Source: an uncultured Candidatus Saccharibacteria bacterium
GTDB lineage: Bacteria > Patescibacteriota > SICC01
Direction of reading: 5' to 3'
NCBI GenBank assembly: GCA_964476895.1
Contig: CAYZCS010000002.1
Coordinates: 1-54,187 of the forward strand
Length of the DNA: 54,187 nucleotides
Shown here: positions 16,828 through 24,949 of the stretch, piece by piece
Layout: each line of letters starts with the position of its first letter
Position numbering within the stretch: the first letter of the stretch is position 1
The notes under the pieces: model-generated
What the model was told of the DNA's origin: nothing
The model's input: the letters and a program-made list of their open reading frames with translations, nothing else
Databases searched by the model: none
Translations under genes and position numbers: made by a program

Positions 16828-18125
16828 GCTCGCAACGATGAATACAGGTCCCTGAACTGTTCGCTGATTTCTTCCCAGGCGTAGTGATTGCGTATCGTAC
16901 GTGCGGCGTTATCGGCCACCTTGGCCCGTTCCTTCCTGTTCTTGAGCAGGGTCTTGATCGTGTCCGCCAAGGCAGCCCTGTCGCCCGTATCCACTATGAA
17001 TCCGTTCAGTCCATCGACGATGATCTCACGACTGCCCGCGACCCTCGAGACGATCGGGGGCGTACCACAGGCCATCGCTTCGATGGTAGTAAGACCGAAC
17101 GGCTCATACCGGCCGGCCAGTACAAAAACCGCGGCCTGCCGGTAGTACGAGGCTAGCTGTTTCCCGTGCGGAACATTCCCCAGAAACGTCACTTTCCGTT
17201 CAAGTCCGTGCTTTTTGATCAGCTGCTTAAGCTTCCGCTCGGTCAGTCGCTCCTCCTCACTTTGAAACTCGCCATGGACAGAGCCACCCATACAGAGGTG
17301 CCAGGGTGTCCGCTTGATCCGCATGGCCGCCTCGACGACACGGTCCAGCCCCTTGGCTGGAACCATCCGGCTCATCGTGAGAATCGCATTCGGTTGCAGC
17401 TTCATGCTCCGATCCAGCGTTTGTGGCCGTGGATTAAAGACGGAAGTATCAACACCGGGGTAGATCACATGAAGACGCTCGAAGTTGATGTCGTAATATT
17501 CCAATAACTGAATCCGGCTGGTTTCACTGAGCACCACCGTGGCGTCGGCCCGCCTGAGGATCCGCTGTTCGATCTGGTTGCGAACTTGGAACCGGTAGAT
17601 GGATCGCAGCCGGGCCGGCGACGCTCCTTCGGCGCGCATCTCTATGTTCTTCACTTTTCCGGATGAGTGCGGCGTATGGACATGCGGAATTTTCTGAGAA
17701 CGGGACAGGAGTATTCCTGCATAACCGCCATCCCAGTAGTGAGAATGGACCATGTCATAGCGGAGCCGTTTCCGGGCAATCCAGTCACGAATGCCTTTCA
17801 CTAGAACCGGGATGGATTCGTAGATCTTCTCCTTCGAAATGAATGCCGTACCCCCGGCTTCCACCCGGACAATACGCACACCCTTGCCGATATGCTCCTC
17901 AGCAGGGAGGTCGCCGATCTGCCGGGTAAAGATGTCTACTTTCACGTTAGCCTTGGCCAATGCCTTGGCAAGCTGCAAAACATAGATGGTTTGCCCACCG
18001 GTGTCGGTTCGGCCCAGCGGCGGAGAACTCTGCACGTACCCGTGTGGATGAAGCATCATCACCCGACGGACTGGCCTGACCCTGGGAACGGTTTTGGTTT
18101 TGACAGTCATAGCTTCGAGCTTCAT
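16824..18125 (-). CDS. sucrose-phosphate-synthase-like GT4 glycosyltransferase
   Basis: HPHGYVQSSPPLGRTDTGGQTIYV and YEPFGLTTIEAMACGTPPI motifs. The ATG at 18125 is chosen because the upstream 344 aa of the 778-aa track ORF are antisense to treT. Confidence 0.8.
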   Translation of the reverse strand: MKLEAMTVKTKTVPRVRPVRRVMMLHPHGYVQSSPPLGRTDTGGQTIYVLQLAKALAKANVKVDIFTRQIGDLPAEEHIGKGVRIVRVEAGGTAFISKEKIYESIPVLVKGIRDWIARKRLRYDMVHSHYWDGGYAGILLSRSQKIPHVHTPHSSGKVKNIEMRAEGASPARLRSIYRFQVRNQIEQRILRRADATVVLSETSRIQLLEYYDINFERLHVIYPGVDTSVFNPRPQTLDRSMKLQPNAILTMSRMVPAKGLDRVVEAAMRIKRTPWHLCMGGSVHGEFQSEEERLTERKLKQLIKKHGLERKVTFLGNVPHGKQLASYYRQAAVFVLAGRYEPFGLTTIEAMACGTPPIVSRVAGSREIIVDGLNGFIVDTGDRAALADTIKTLLKNRKERAKVADNAARTIRNHYAWEEISEQFRDLYSSLRA

Positions 18126-18293
18126 TCTACTCCGCGGAGCTGGAATCGGCACCAATGGTGCACTATGGTGTACTACACTTGAGGCTGATGACGGAGACAG
18201 ACACCGGAGCAAAACGGATGGTCGATCGCCACGAAGCAACGTTCCGCCGATTGGCCGGCGGACGATCGCGGAAAGCGGGCAGGAGCTGAGTTC

Positions 18294-19532
18294 ATGAAGA
18301 AAGTCACGGTCAATCCGATTTCCGCAGAAGCATATACGCGCATAGGGGCCGACATCGTTTCCACCGCCGACGGGACGGCGGTTTCGCTTAAGGGAAAACG
18401 CATCCTCCACGTGAACTCCACCGCCAATGGCGGCGGCGTGGCGGAGATCCTGCGGTCGGAGGTCCCGCTGATGCAGGATCTCGGCATCCGGGCCGAATGG
18501 CAGGTGATCGAGCCCGAACCCGACTTCTTCGAGATCACCAAGAAAATCCATAACGCCCTGCAGGGCGAGCAGGCCGACCTGACCGACGCGGAATGGGAAC
18601 GCTACGAGACGGCCAGCAAGCAGCTTGGCACGCAGCTTGATCCGACCGCCTGGGACGCCATCATCATCCACGACCCGCAGCCGGCCGCCATCCCGTTCTT
18701 CCACACCGACGCCGACGCGGCCGAGTGGATCTGGCGGTGTCATCTCGACAGCTCCAAGCCGCTCCCCGCGGCCCAACAACGGTTCGTCCGGTACCTGAGG
18801 CCCTACGCGGGCGGCATCTTCAGCCTGGAAAAGTTCCGGCTGCCCGGTTTCGCCCCGGACCACTCCGCGATCATCCCGCCCGCGATCGACCCGCTGACCG
18901 ATAAGAACCAGCCGATGACCGAAGCAGAAGCCCGGAAATTGGTCGGGCTGTGCCAAGTCGACCCCGACCGGCCGTTCATCATACAAGTCTCCCGCTTCGA
19001 CCAATGGAAGGATCCCCTGGGCGTGCTTGAGGCCTGGCGGCTCGCCAGGCAACAGGTGCCCGAACTCCAGCTCGTCCTGATCGGTGGGACGGCGGACGAT
19101 GATCCGCAGTCGCCGCGCATCCTCGCCCGGCTCCGTGAAGAAGCCAACGACCAGGACCATGGTCTCTGCATCCTCGCCGACACCGCCGACGACCGCACCG
19201 TGAAGGCGTTCCTGACCCTGGCCACGGTGGCGATCCAGAAATCCCTTCGTGAGGGATTCGGCCTCACCGTCACCGAGGCGCTCTGGGCCGGGACGCCGGT
19301 GATCGGCAGCAACGTCGGCGGCATCACGCTGCAGATCGAGAACGACGTGAACGGCTACTTGGTATCTACCGTCTCCGAGGCCGCGGAACGAATCGTCGAA
19401 CTCTGCCGCGATCCGAAGCGCGCCAAACGGTTCGGTGAAGCCGGTCGGGAGATCGTCCGGGAGAAGTTCCTGCTACCACGCCTGGTCGCCGACGACCTGA
19501 AGCTCATCGAGGCCGTGCTGAACGGCGCATGA
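18294..19532 (+). CDS. treT: trehalose synthase, TreT-like GT4 glycosyltransferase
   Basis: HVNSTANGGGVAEILRSEVPLMQDLGI...FFEITKKIHNALQG N-terminal signature as I recall it for TreT, plus SLREGFGLTVTEALWAGTPVI. Confidence 0.75.
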   Translation: MKKVTVNPISAEAYTRIGADIVSTADGTAVSLKGKRILHVNSTANGGGVAEILRSEVPLMQDLGIRAEWQVIEPEPDFFEITKKIHNALQGEQADLTDAEWERYETASKQLGTQLDPTAWDAIIIHDPQPAAIPFFHTDADAAEWIWRCHLDSSKPLPAAQQRFVRYLRPYAGGIFSLEKFRLPGFAPDHSAIIPPAIDPLTDKNQPMTEAEARKLVGLCQVDPDRPFIIQVSRFDQWKDPLGVLEAWRLARQQVPELQLVLIGGTADDDPQSPRILARLREEANDQDHGLCILADTADDRTVKAFLTLATVAIQKSLREGFGLTVTEALWAGTPVIGSNVGGITLQIENDVNGYLVSTVSEAAERIVELCRDPKRAKRFGEAGREIVREKFLLPRLVADDLKLIEAVLNGA

Positions 19533-19548
19533 GCCGTATACTGGAGAC

Positions 19549-20115
19549 ATGATCGCCCAGCTGACCGGCACATTGCTCGAGAAAGAGCCGACCGGCCTGA
19601 TCGTCGAGACCGGCGGCGTGGGATACCTCGTGGCCGTCCCCGTCTCAACGCTCGCCGCCTTGCCGAAGACCGGCGCGGAAGTGACCCTGTATACGCATCA
19701 GTACGTCCGCGAAGACGTGCTGGCGCTGTACGGGTTCGCCGCCAAGGCGGAGCGGCGGCTGTTCATGCAGCTCCTCGGCGTGTCAGGCATCGGTCCGAAG
19801 GTCGCCCTGGCGATCCTCTCCCTGGCTTCGCCGGACGACATCCGCGCGGCGATTTCCGCCGGCGATGCCGGCTTCCTGGCCTCGGTGCCGGGCATCGGCA
19901 AGAAGACGGCGGAACGCGTGGTGATCGACCTGCAGGACAAGATGGAGATGGTCACCAGCGAAGGCGCTCCGCGCGGCCAGGAAGAGGCCGTGGAAGCACT
20001 GGCAGCGCTCGGCTATTCCACCGCCCAGGCCAGGAAGGCCGTGCATGCGGTGGCCGGCGGCGCGGACTCGACCGAAGCCGTCATCAAGGCCGCCCTCAGG
20101 GAGCTCTCGTCATGA
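19549..20115 (+). CDS. ruvA: Holliday junction DNA helicase RuvA
   Basis: MIAQLTGTL...GVGYLV and the HhH region [16 protein letters not shown]. Confidence 0.95.
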   Translation: MIAQLTGTLLEKEPTGLIVETGGVGYLVAVPVSTLAALPKTGAEVTLYTHQYVREDVLALYGFAAKAERRLFMQLLGVSGIGPKVALAILSLASPDDIRAAISAGDAGFLASVPGIGKKTAERVVIDLQDKMEMVTSEGAPRGQEEAVEALAALGYSTAQARKAVHAVAGGADSTEAVIKAALRELSS

Positions 20116-21137
20116 GCGACGCGCCCGACCGGCTGATCTCCGCCTCCACCACCGAGTCCGACGTGGCGCTCGACGTGGCGCTCCGGCCGAAGGCGCTCAA
20201 GGAGTATGTCGGCCAGGGTGACATCAAGGAGTCGCTGGGTATCCTGATCGAGGCCGCGACCAAGCGCGGCGAGGCCATCGACCATCTCCTGCTGTACGGT
20301 CCGCCGGGGCTCGGCAAGACCACCCTCGCCGGCGTGATCGCCCACGAGACCAACGCGACGCTCCAGACCACCAGCGGGCCGGCGATCGAGCGGGCCGGCG
20401 ACCTCGCTTCGATCCTGACCAACCTGGAACCGGGCGACGTGCTGTTCATCGACGAGATCCACCGCCTGCCGAAGACGGTCGAGGAGATGCTTTACCCGGC
20501 GATGGAAGACCGGAAGATCGACATCGTGATCGGGAAAGGCCCCGGCGCCCGGTCGGTGCGGCTCGACCTCGAGCCGTTCACGATCATCGGCGCGACCACG
20601 AAGGTCGGCTCCCTCTCCTCGCCCCTCCGCGACCGGTTCGGTGCAACCTACCAGCTCGCGTTCTACTCCGACGAAGAGATGCGGAAGATCCTCGGCCGTT
20701 CGGCGAAGATCCTCGGCGTACAAGCCGACCGTGCCGCGCTCGACGCGTTGGCCGGCCGTTCCCGGCAGACGCCACGGGTGGCCAACCGGCTGCTCAAGCG
20801 GGCCCGCGACTGGGCCCAGACGCGCGGCACCGGCACGATCGACGGGCAGGCCGCCACCGAGTCGCTCAAGCTCGAAGGCGTTGACGAGCTCGGCCTCGAC
20901 GCCACCGACCGCCGGCTCCTCAAGACGATCATCGAGAAGTTCAAAGGGGGGCCGGTCGGGCTCGGAACCCTCGCCGCGGCGGTCAGCGACGAGTCCGAGA
21001 CCATCGAGGAAGTCTACGAGCCGTTCCTGATCCAGCTGGGCCTCCTCGAGCGCACGCCGCGCGGCCGCAAGGCCACGGAACAGGCCTACCGGCACCTCGG
21101 CATCGAGACTCCCGCGCCCCAGAAGAAGTTACTGTAG
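20112..21137 (+). CDS. ruvB: Holliday junction DNA helicase RuvB
   Basis: [23 protein letters not shown] and FIDEIHRL motifs. ATGA overlap with ruvA. Confidence 0.97.
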   Translation: MSDAPDRLISASTTESDVALDVALRPKALKEYVGQGDIKESLGILIEAATKRGEAIDHLLLYGPPGLGKTTLAGVIAHETNATLQTTSGPAIERAGDLASILTNLEPGDVLFIDEIHRLPKTVEEMLYPAMEDRKIDIVIGKGPGARSVRLDLEPFTIIGATTKVGSLSSPLRDRFGATYQLAFYSDEEMRKILGRSAKILGVQADRAALDALAGRSRQTPRVANRLLKRARDWAQTRGTGTIDGQAATESLKLEGVDELGLDATDRRLLKTIIEKFKGGPVGLGTLAAAVSDESETIEEVYEPFLIQLGLLERTPRGRKATEQAYRHLGIETPAPQKKLL

Positions 21138-21175
21138 CTTGCATCGGGGCGTCCGCGGCGTTACGTTCAAAGCCA

Positions 21176-21379
21176 ATGGCAATCATCATCATCTCGTATC
21201 TGCTGTACGCCCTGATCCTCACCGGGTTCGCCGTCGCGGCGATCTACCACGCCCGGCGGTTCGGGTTCCCCGGTGACCACACCGCGCTGGCGACAGGCAC
21301 GTACCTCACGGTAGTCGTCCTGATCATCGCTACCACGGTCATCGCGCTCGGCGGGGCCGGCATCGGAGGAAACCTATGA
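21176..21379 (+). CDS. 67-aa two-TM membrane protein
   Basis: Two hydrophobic helices; ATGA overlap with the downstream PH-domain gene. Confidence 0.5.
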   Translation: MAIIIISYLLYALILTGFAVAAIYHARRFGFPGDHTALATGTYLTVVVLIIATTVIALGGAGIGGNL

Positions 21380-22110
21380 GCGGCCGCTTCCCCGACCAAC
21401 GGCCCGACGAGCAGGTGCTGGCGATCGTGCGGCCGCACTGGCTGGTAATACTGCCCGCGATCCTCCTGACCGGCGCGCTCGGCCTGCTGCCGCCGTTCGT
21501 CGTCTGGGGCGTGAACGCCGTTGACCTCGGCGTGAACGGACCCGGGGCGGCCGTGGGAATCACGATTATCTCCGCCTTCTACCTGACGCTTGCGACCTAC
21601 TTCTACATCCGCTGGCTGGACTACTACCTCGACGTAGGCGTGGTCACCGACAAGCGCGTCGTGGACATAGACCAGCTCGGGCTCTTCCGCCGGAACGTGG
21701 ACGAGCTCGATCGCAAGGTGATCCAGGACGTGACCGTCTCCCGGCACGGGTTCCTGCAGACGATCTTCAACTTCGGGAACCTGGAGATCCAGACGGCCGG
21801 CGAGCGGCGGAACTTCGAGTTCCGCGGCATCCCGAACCCGGAGAAGGTCCAGCACCTGGTCGCGCGGGCACAGGACAAACGGGACGATGGGGGCGGCGGC
21901 GCGTCCGGCGGCTCAGGTACGGATTCGCAACCAGGCGGACCTGCCGCGTCGCAGAGCAAGCCTTCGCAGCACCACCGGCCGACGCAACAGCCGCATCCGA
22001 CGAAACCCCGACCGACCCCACACGGGCAGCAAGCTGCACAACCGGAACGTCCGGCTCCGCCGAAGCGTCCGGACCAATCCAGCCAGGGCCTGCCGCGGGA
22101 GTTCGAGTAA
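21376..22110 (+). CDS. bacterial PH-domain (YdbT/DUF304-like) membrane protein with a Pro/Gln-rich tail
   Basis: Two N-terminal TMs, then DKRVVDIDQLGLFRRNVDELDRKVIQDVTVSRHGFLQTIFNFGNLEIQTAG, typical of bPH_2 domains. Confidence 0.7.
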   Translation: MSGRFPDQRPDEQVLAIVRPHWLVILPAILLTGALGLLPPFVVWGVNAVDLGVNGPGAAVGITIISAFYLTLATYFYIRWLDYYLDVGVVTDKRVVDIDQLGLFRRNVDELDRKVIQDVTVSRHGFLQTIFNFGNLEIQTAGERRNFEFRGIPNPEKVQHLVARAQDKRDDGGGGASGGSGTDSQPGGPAASQSKPSQHHRPTQQPHPTKPRPTPHGQQAAQPERPAPPKRPDQSSQGLPREFE

Positions 22111-22177
22111 CGTTAATTCCACCATTGGCACTAGGTTTTGAGAACCGGCTTAGTTGCAGGTCATTCATGGGTCACTA
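22097..22177. repeat. two tandem, imperfect ~40-bp repeat units at the left edge of the island
   Basis: Unit a is GGGAGTTCGAGTAACGTTAATTCCACCATTGGCACTA (22097-22133). Unit b is GGTTTTGAGAACCGGCTTAGTTGCAGGTCATTCATGGGTCACTA (22134-22177). Both resemble the unit at 24071-24111. Confidence 0.35.
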
Positions 22178-22234
22178 AGCGTCGCATCGCTCCCGGAGGC
22201 AACGCGTCTTTCTCGAACCGCTCAAGCAGCGAAG

Positions 22235-22486
22235 TCAGGACAGGAGGCGCCTAGCCTCAGCTACGGCCTTATCGCAACAGCCGCCAAATTTAAATTGGTA
22301 CCCATCGGCAGTTTGGTCGACGCCTGTAACCCGTGGAGGTTTGTTGTGAACTGGGCAGCGCGCACTCTGGACCTTCTTGGTAACCCCTTCGATGGTCAAT
22401 CTCCGGACCTCACCTTCGAGGCCGTCTGTGAACTGGCGCTGACTCACTTTTCTACCCCCGATGCGATACTCGATTTTCACACTCAT
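22235..22486 (-). CDS. 83-aa Cys/His-containing hypothetical protein, partner of the nuclease-like ORF
   Basis: ATGA overlap with the upstream ORF. Contains CPVH...GGCCDK (possible metal site). No family recognised. Confidence 0.5.
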   Translation of the reverse strand: MSVKIEYRIGGRKVSQRQFTDGLEGEVRRLTIEGVTKKVQSARCPVHNKPPRVTGVDQTADGYQFKFGGCCDKAVAEARRLLS

Positions 22487-22851
22487 GAGATTACCGTAAG
22501 ATTGCGAGTGCTACCACCGGCCGTCTTGACCGCTTGACGAGCCGCGTCCGCCCACCCTTTCGGTACACAGAGGATGAATGGGCATGGAGCACCAGTCCCA
22601 GTCATAGAGCGGTTCGAAAAGTCACGAAATTGCTCCTGGGACGTTGCCGAGGTGAGGTCGCTCCCGATCTTGGCCTCGCCGATCAAGAGAACGCCTCCTT
22701 TCGTGCCCAGTGCATCGGGTTCATGTGCGCCAACGGCGTAGGGGTCGGGGTAATTGAGGCCACCGGCCGCGTTGGTTACTTCGACGCCTTGGCCTTTCAT
22801 GTATCCAACCAGGCCTGCGACTAATCGTTGATGTTCGGGTGTTTCAGCCAT
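22483..22851 (-). CDS. 122-aa minimal PD-(D/E)xK (restriction-endonuclease-fold)-like protein
   Basis: AAGGAG SD 6 nt upstream of the ATG. It shows an N-terminal helix with Glu (PEHQRLV), then HEPD, then 13 residues later LLIGEAK (D...ExK spacing). Confidence 0.6.
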   Translation of the reverse strand: MAETPEHQRLVAGLVGYMKGQGVEVTNAAGGLNYPDPYAVGAHEPDALGTKGGVLLIGEAKIGSDLTSATSQEQFRDFSNRSMTGTGAPCPFILCVPKGWADAARQAVKTAGGSTRNLTVIS

Positions 22852-22879
22852 ATAACTCCTTTCGGCTTAACTTTTCATT

Positions 22880-23293
22880 ATGCAAAATCCACTTTGCAAT
22901 CTAACTCCGGACTTGTCAACCGTTTCGATTAAGTTTTCAATTGGTGAAGTGGAGGATTACGCAGCACTTGGTAAACGGATACGGCAAGCCAGGGAAACAG
23001 CCGGCTTGCTCCAAACCGAGCTGGCCGAAAAGGTCGGCCTGGAGTCGGGTACTTCGATTTCGTTGATCGAGTCTGGATCTCGGAAGCCAAGCGTTGGCGC
23101 GCTTAACCGAATTGCTCAGGCAACAAAGACGGATGTCTCCTACCTAATAGGCGCTGACACGCCTAACGTCCGTGGAACACTCAGAGCCGAAGGTCTTTCA
23201 CTGAAAGATGTGGCGGTGATTGAAAACATCATCGAATTAATGAAGAAGGGAGACGATGGAGGCAACGCCTCCGGGCCGGCGCGCCGCCGCTAA
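22880..23293 (+). CDS. XRE-family HTH transcriptional regulator
   Basis: LGKRIRQARETAGLLQTELAEKVGLESGTSISLIESGSRKPSVGALNRIAQA is a canonical HTH_3/XRE domain. The true start may be the GTG at 22949 (MEDYAALGKRIR...). Confidence 0.8.
   Translation: MQNPLCNLTPDLSTVSIKFSIGEVEDYAALGKRIRQARETAGLLQTELAEKVGLESGTSISLIESGSRKPSVGALNRIAQATKTDVSYLIGADTPNVRGTLRAEGLSLKDVAVIENIIELMKKGDDGGNASGPARRR
22881..22898. promoter_or_regulatory. candidate operator palindrome TGCAAA-N6-TTTGCA in the divergent control region
   Basis: 6-bp perfect arms (22881-22886 and 22893-22898) between the nuclease-like ORF start (22851) and the likely XRE start (22949). TTGTCA/TTGACA -35-like boxes lie at 22913-22919. Confidence 0.3.
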
Positions 23294-23753
23294 GCTGGCG
23301 ACGAAGCTTCTGAGTGATTGCGGGCAGGCTCCCCCGGTCGTCCTGCGTGAGGTTTTTAAGCATGTGGCAGGAAAGATGCCAATAGCGGTAAAGCCAGTCG
23401 ACGGGTCAGAGCAGTTTGATGGAGTCCGTCTTACCAACGGGAACAAGATCGTAATTGCTTATAACAAGAACAAACCACCAACTCGCCAGCGCTTTACCCT
23501 GGCCCATGAGTTAGGGCACTGCCTCCTGGGGCACGGGGAACAAGGCAGCACACTAGATCTCTCAAGCAAAGAGCCAGAAGAGATCGAAGCCAATGCATTC
23601 GCAGCTGAGCTTTTGATCCCGCGGCGGGCCTTAGCTGAAGAGGTCGCCCAAAATGGGTTTGATCCCGAGACAACGGCGCGGCGCTACAAGGTGAGTGTCT
23701 CCGCACTTTGGTGGCGGCTTCGCGAGACAAACCTGATGATGAAGGTGCGCTAA
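23256..23753 (+). CDS. ImmA/IrrE family (COG2856) zinc metallopeptidase
   Basis: RFTLAHELGHCLLGH (HEXXH) followed by EANAFAAELLIPR. It overlaps the XRE gene by 38 nt. Confidence 0.8.
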   Translation: MEATPPGRRAAAKLATKLLSDCGQAPPVVLREVFKHVAGKMPIAVKPVDGSEQFDGVRLTNGNKIVIAYNKNKPPTRQRFTLAHELGHCLLGHGEQGSTLDLSSKEPEEIEANAFAAELLIPRRALAEEVAQNGFDPETTARRYKVSVSALWWRLRETNLMMKVR

Positions 23754-23791
23754 CGATTCCTTGAATTGCCTCTCTCTGGGATAGTTGGTAG

Positions 23792-24016
23792 GTGAAGGAT
23801 GCTTCTCAGCGAGGGATGGCTGCGGCGAAGAAAGACGGAATGCCCCGGCAGGCGCGATCTGGCGGGCGGGCGCTCGATGTATGGGCAGTGCCGCGTGAGA
23901 AACCGGATATGGATCGGTTCGTGGCGGTGCTGGTGACGCTGGCGCTAAGGCGCGTAGAGAAGGAGCAGGCAGCGAAGCAGGCTGGGCCAGAAGGAAGCGG
24001 GAGCAAGCGATCCTAG
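23792..24016 (+). CDS. 74-aa hypothetical protein (uncertain)
   Basis: GTG-initiated ORF, basic N-terminus, one helix-like segment DRFVAVLVTLALRRVEKE. No family recognised; it could be a gene remnant. Confidence 0.3.
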   Translation: MKDASQRGMAAAKKDGMPRQARSGGRALDVWAVPREKPDMDRFVAVLVTLALRRVEKEQAAKQAGPEGSGSKRS

Positions 24017-24070
24017 GCATTGGAGCCGTAGAGGCGACGATGGAGCTCAGCGAGAGACCTCCGGATCTTC

Positions 24071-24111
24071 GGGTTTGAGAACTGCCCAGTTAGCTCCACC
24101 GATTGGTACTA
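24071..24111. repeat. third copy of the ~40-bp repeat unit
   Basis: GGGTTTGAGAACTGCCCAGTTAGCTCCACCGATTGGTACTA. It shares the exact 9-mer TTTGAGAAC with unit b, and TCCACC / ATTGG / ACTA in the same order with unit a. Confidence 0.35.
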
Positions 24112-24204
24112 AATTTCTAGAATCTCTTTCTTGCGTATTTTTAACGGTAAACAGCTGCTACCCTAGTTGGTTAGGAATGGTTTCCCACGCTTTGTCTAGA
24201 AAAT

Positions 24205-24927
24205 TTATATAATCTTCCCCATCACCACCGCTCTCGCCCGGCAGTGCGCATGGTCATACCCCATGCCTCGTACCTCTTCCCACGATGCTTCATACCAACG
24301 GTTGCCTCCGTCATGCTTGAGGTAATACACCTCAGAGAATGGAATCTTTCCCCGCTCTAGCAGTCGATCAAGATACATGTTGTAGCCGAGCGGCACCGTG
24401 AGGAAGATTTCACCACCAGACGCCAAAAGTGAACGAAGGTGTGTGATTACCCGTGGAATCTTTTGTGAATCCCGTTGCTCAAGGTTTGGCCGAGTGTCGT
24501 TGGTCATCGCGATACTGTCCCAGCCGATGTGCTCAATGGTAGAGATACTAATGATCAAGTCATACGGCTCCTCCGCCATGAAATCAAGAATGTCATGGTT
24601 GATTACACGCGGCCCCGGCTCGTACTTATCCACCACATCATGGCGATGACCGCGGCGGAAGTAGTATGGAGTGACGTTCCCCACCTCAAGGATTCGCTGA
24701 CCGCGGTAGCGGCGGAGTATCTCCCGAGCTAACGGCAATTCCACCTGCCGCTCGTTTAGCCAGGTGGAGTTGTATGAATGGCGGATGTAACGGTACCGTT
24801 TCTCGCCAAGTCGGAAGTACTGCGGTACGTACCGTTGTGGAGCAACAGCTACTTGGTGCTTTAGCTGCCGAAGGGCATCCAGCACATCCATACAATCAAG
24901 GCTAGCAAATGATAGTAATAGTATCAA
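24205..24927 (-). CDS. class I SAM-dependent methyltransferase-like protein (degenerate motif I)
   Basis: RILEVGNV...DLIISISTIEHIG...GGEIFLTVP resembles Methyltransf_11/23-type folds, but the Gly-rich GxGxG is absent. The start may be the ATG at 24891. Confidence 0.5.
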   Translation of the reverse strand: MILLLSFASLDCMDVLDALRQLKHQVAVAPQRYVPQYFRLGEKRYRYIRHSYNSTWLNERQVELPLAREILRRYRGQRILEVGNVTPYYFRRGHRHDVVDKYEPGPRVINHDILDFMAEEPYDLIISISTIEHIGWDSIAMTNDTRPNLEQRDSQKIPRVITHLRSLLASGGEIFLTVPLGYNMYLDRLLERGKIPFSEVYYLKHDGGNRWYEASWEEVRGMGYDHAHCRARAVVMGKII

Positions 24928-24949
24928 ATGTTAGTCATAGGCTTGCGGT

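Noticed and set aside
16824-19160. 778-aa minus-strand ORF as a single gene
   Set aside because: Only the C-terminal 433 aa (from the ATG at 18125) look like a GT4 enzyme. The N-terminal ~344 aa are antisense to the well-supported treT-like gene.
20013-21095. 360-aa minus-strand ORF
   Set aside because: Antisense to ruvB, which has Walker A and the full family signature. The composition is shadow-like.
23631-24020. 129-aa minus-strand ORF overlapping the 74-aa plus ORF
   Set aside because: It is Pro/Ala/Ser-rich and low in complexity, has no SD, and runs antisense into the ImmA gene's 3' end. The plus-strand 74-aa ORF is itself kept only at low confidence.
24205-24927. Methyltransferase-like ORF as the modification half of a restriction-modification system with the 122-aa nuclease-like ORF
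   Set aside because: It has no DPPY/NPPY, PCQ or TRD-like features of DNA methyltransferases. It lies 1.3 kb from the nuclease-like gene, separated by other genes, and has its own XRE regulator.
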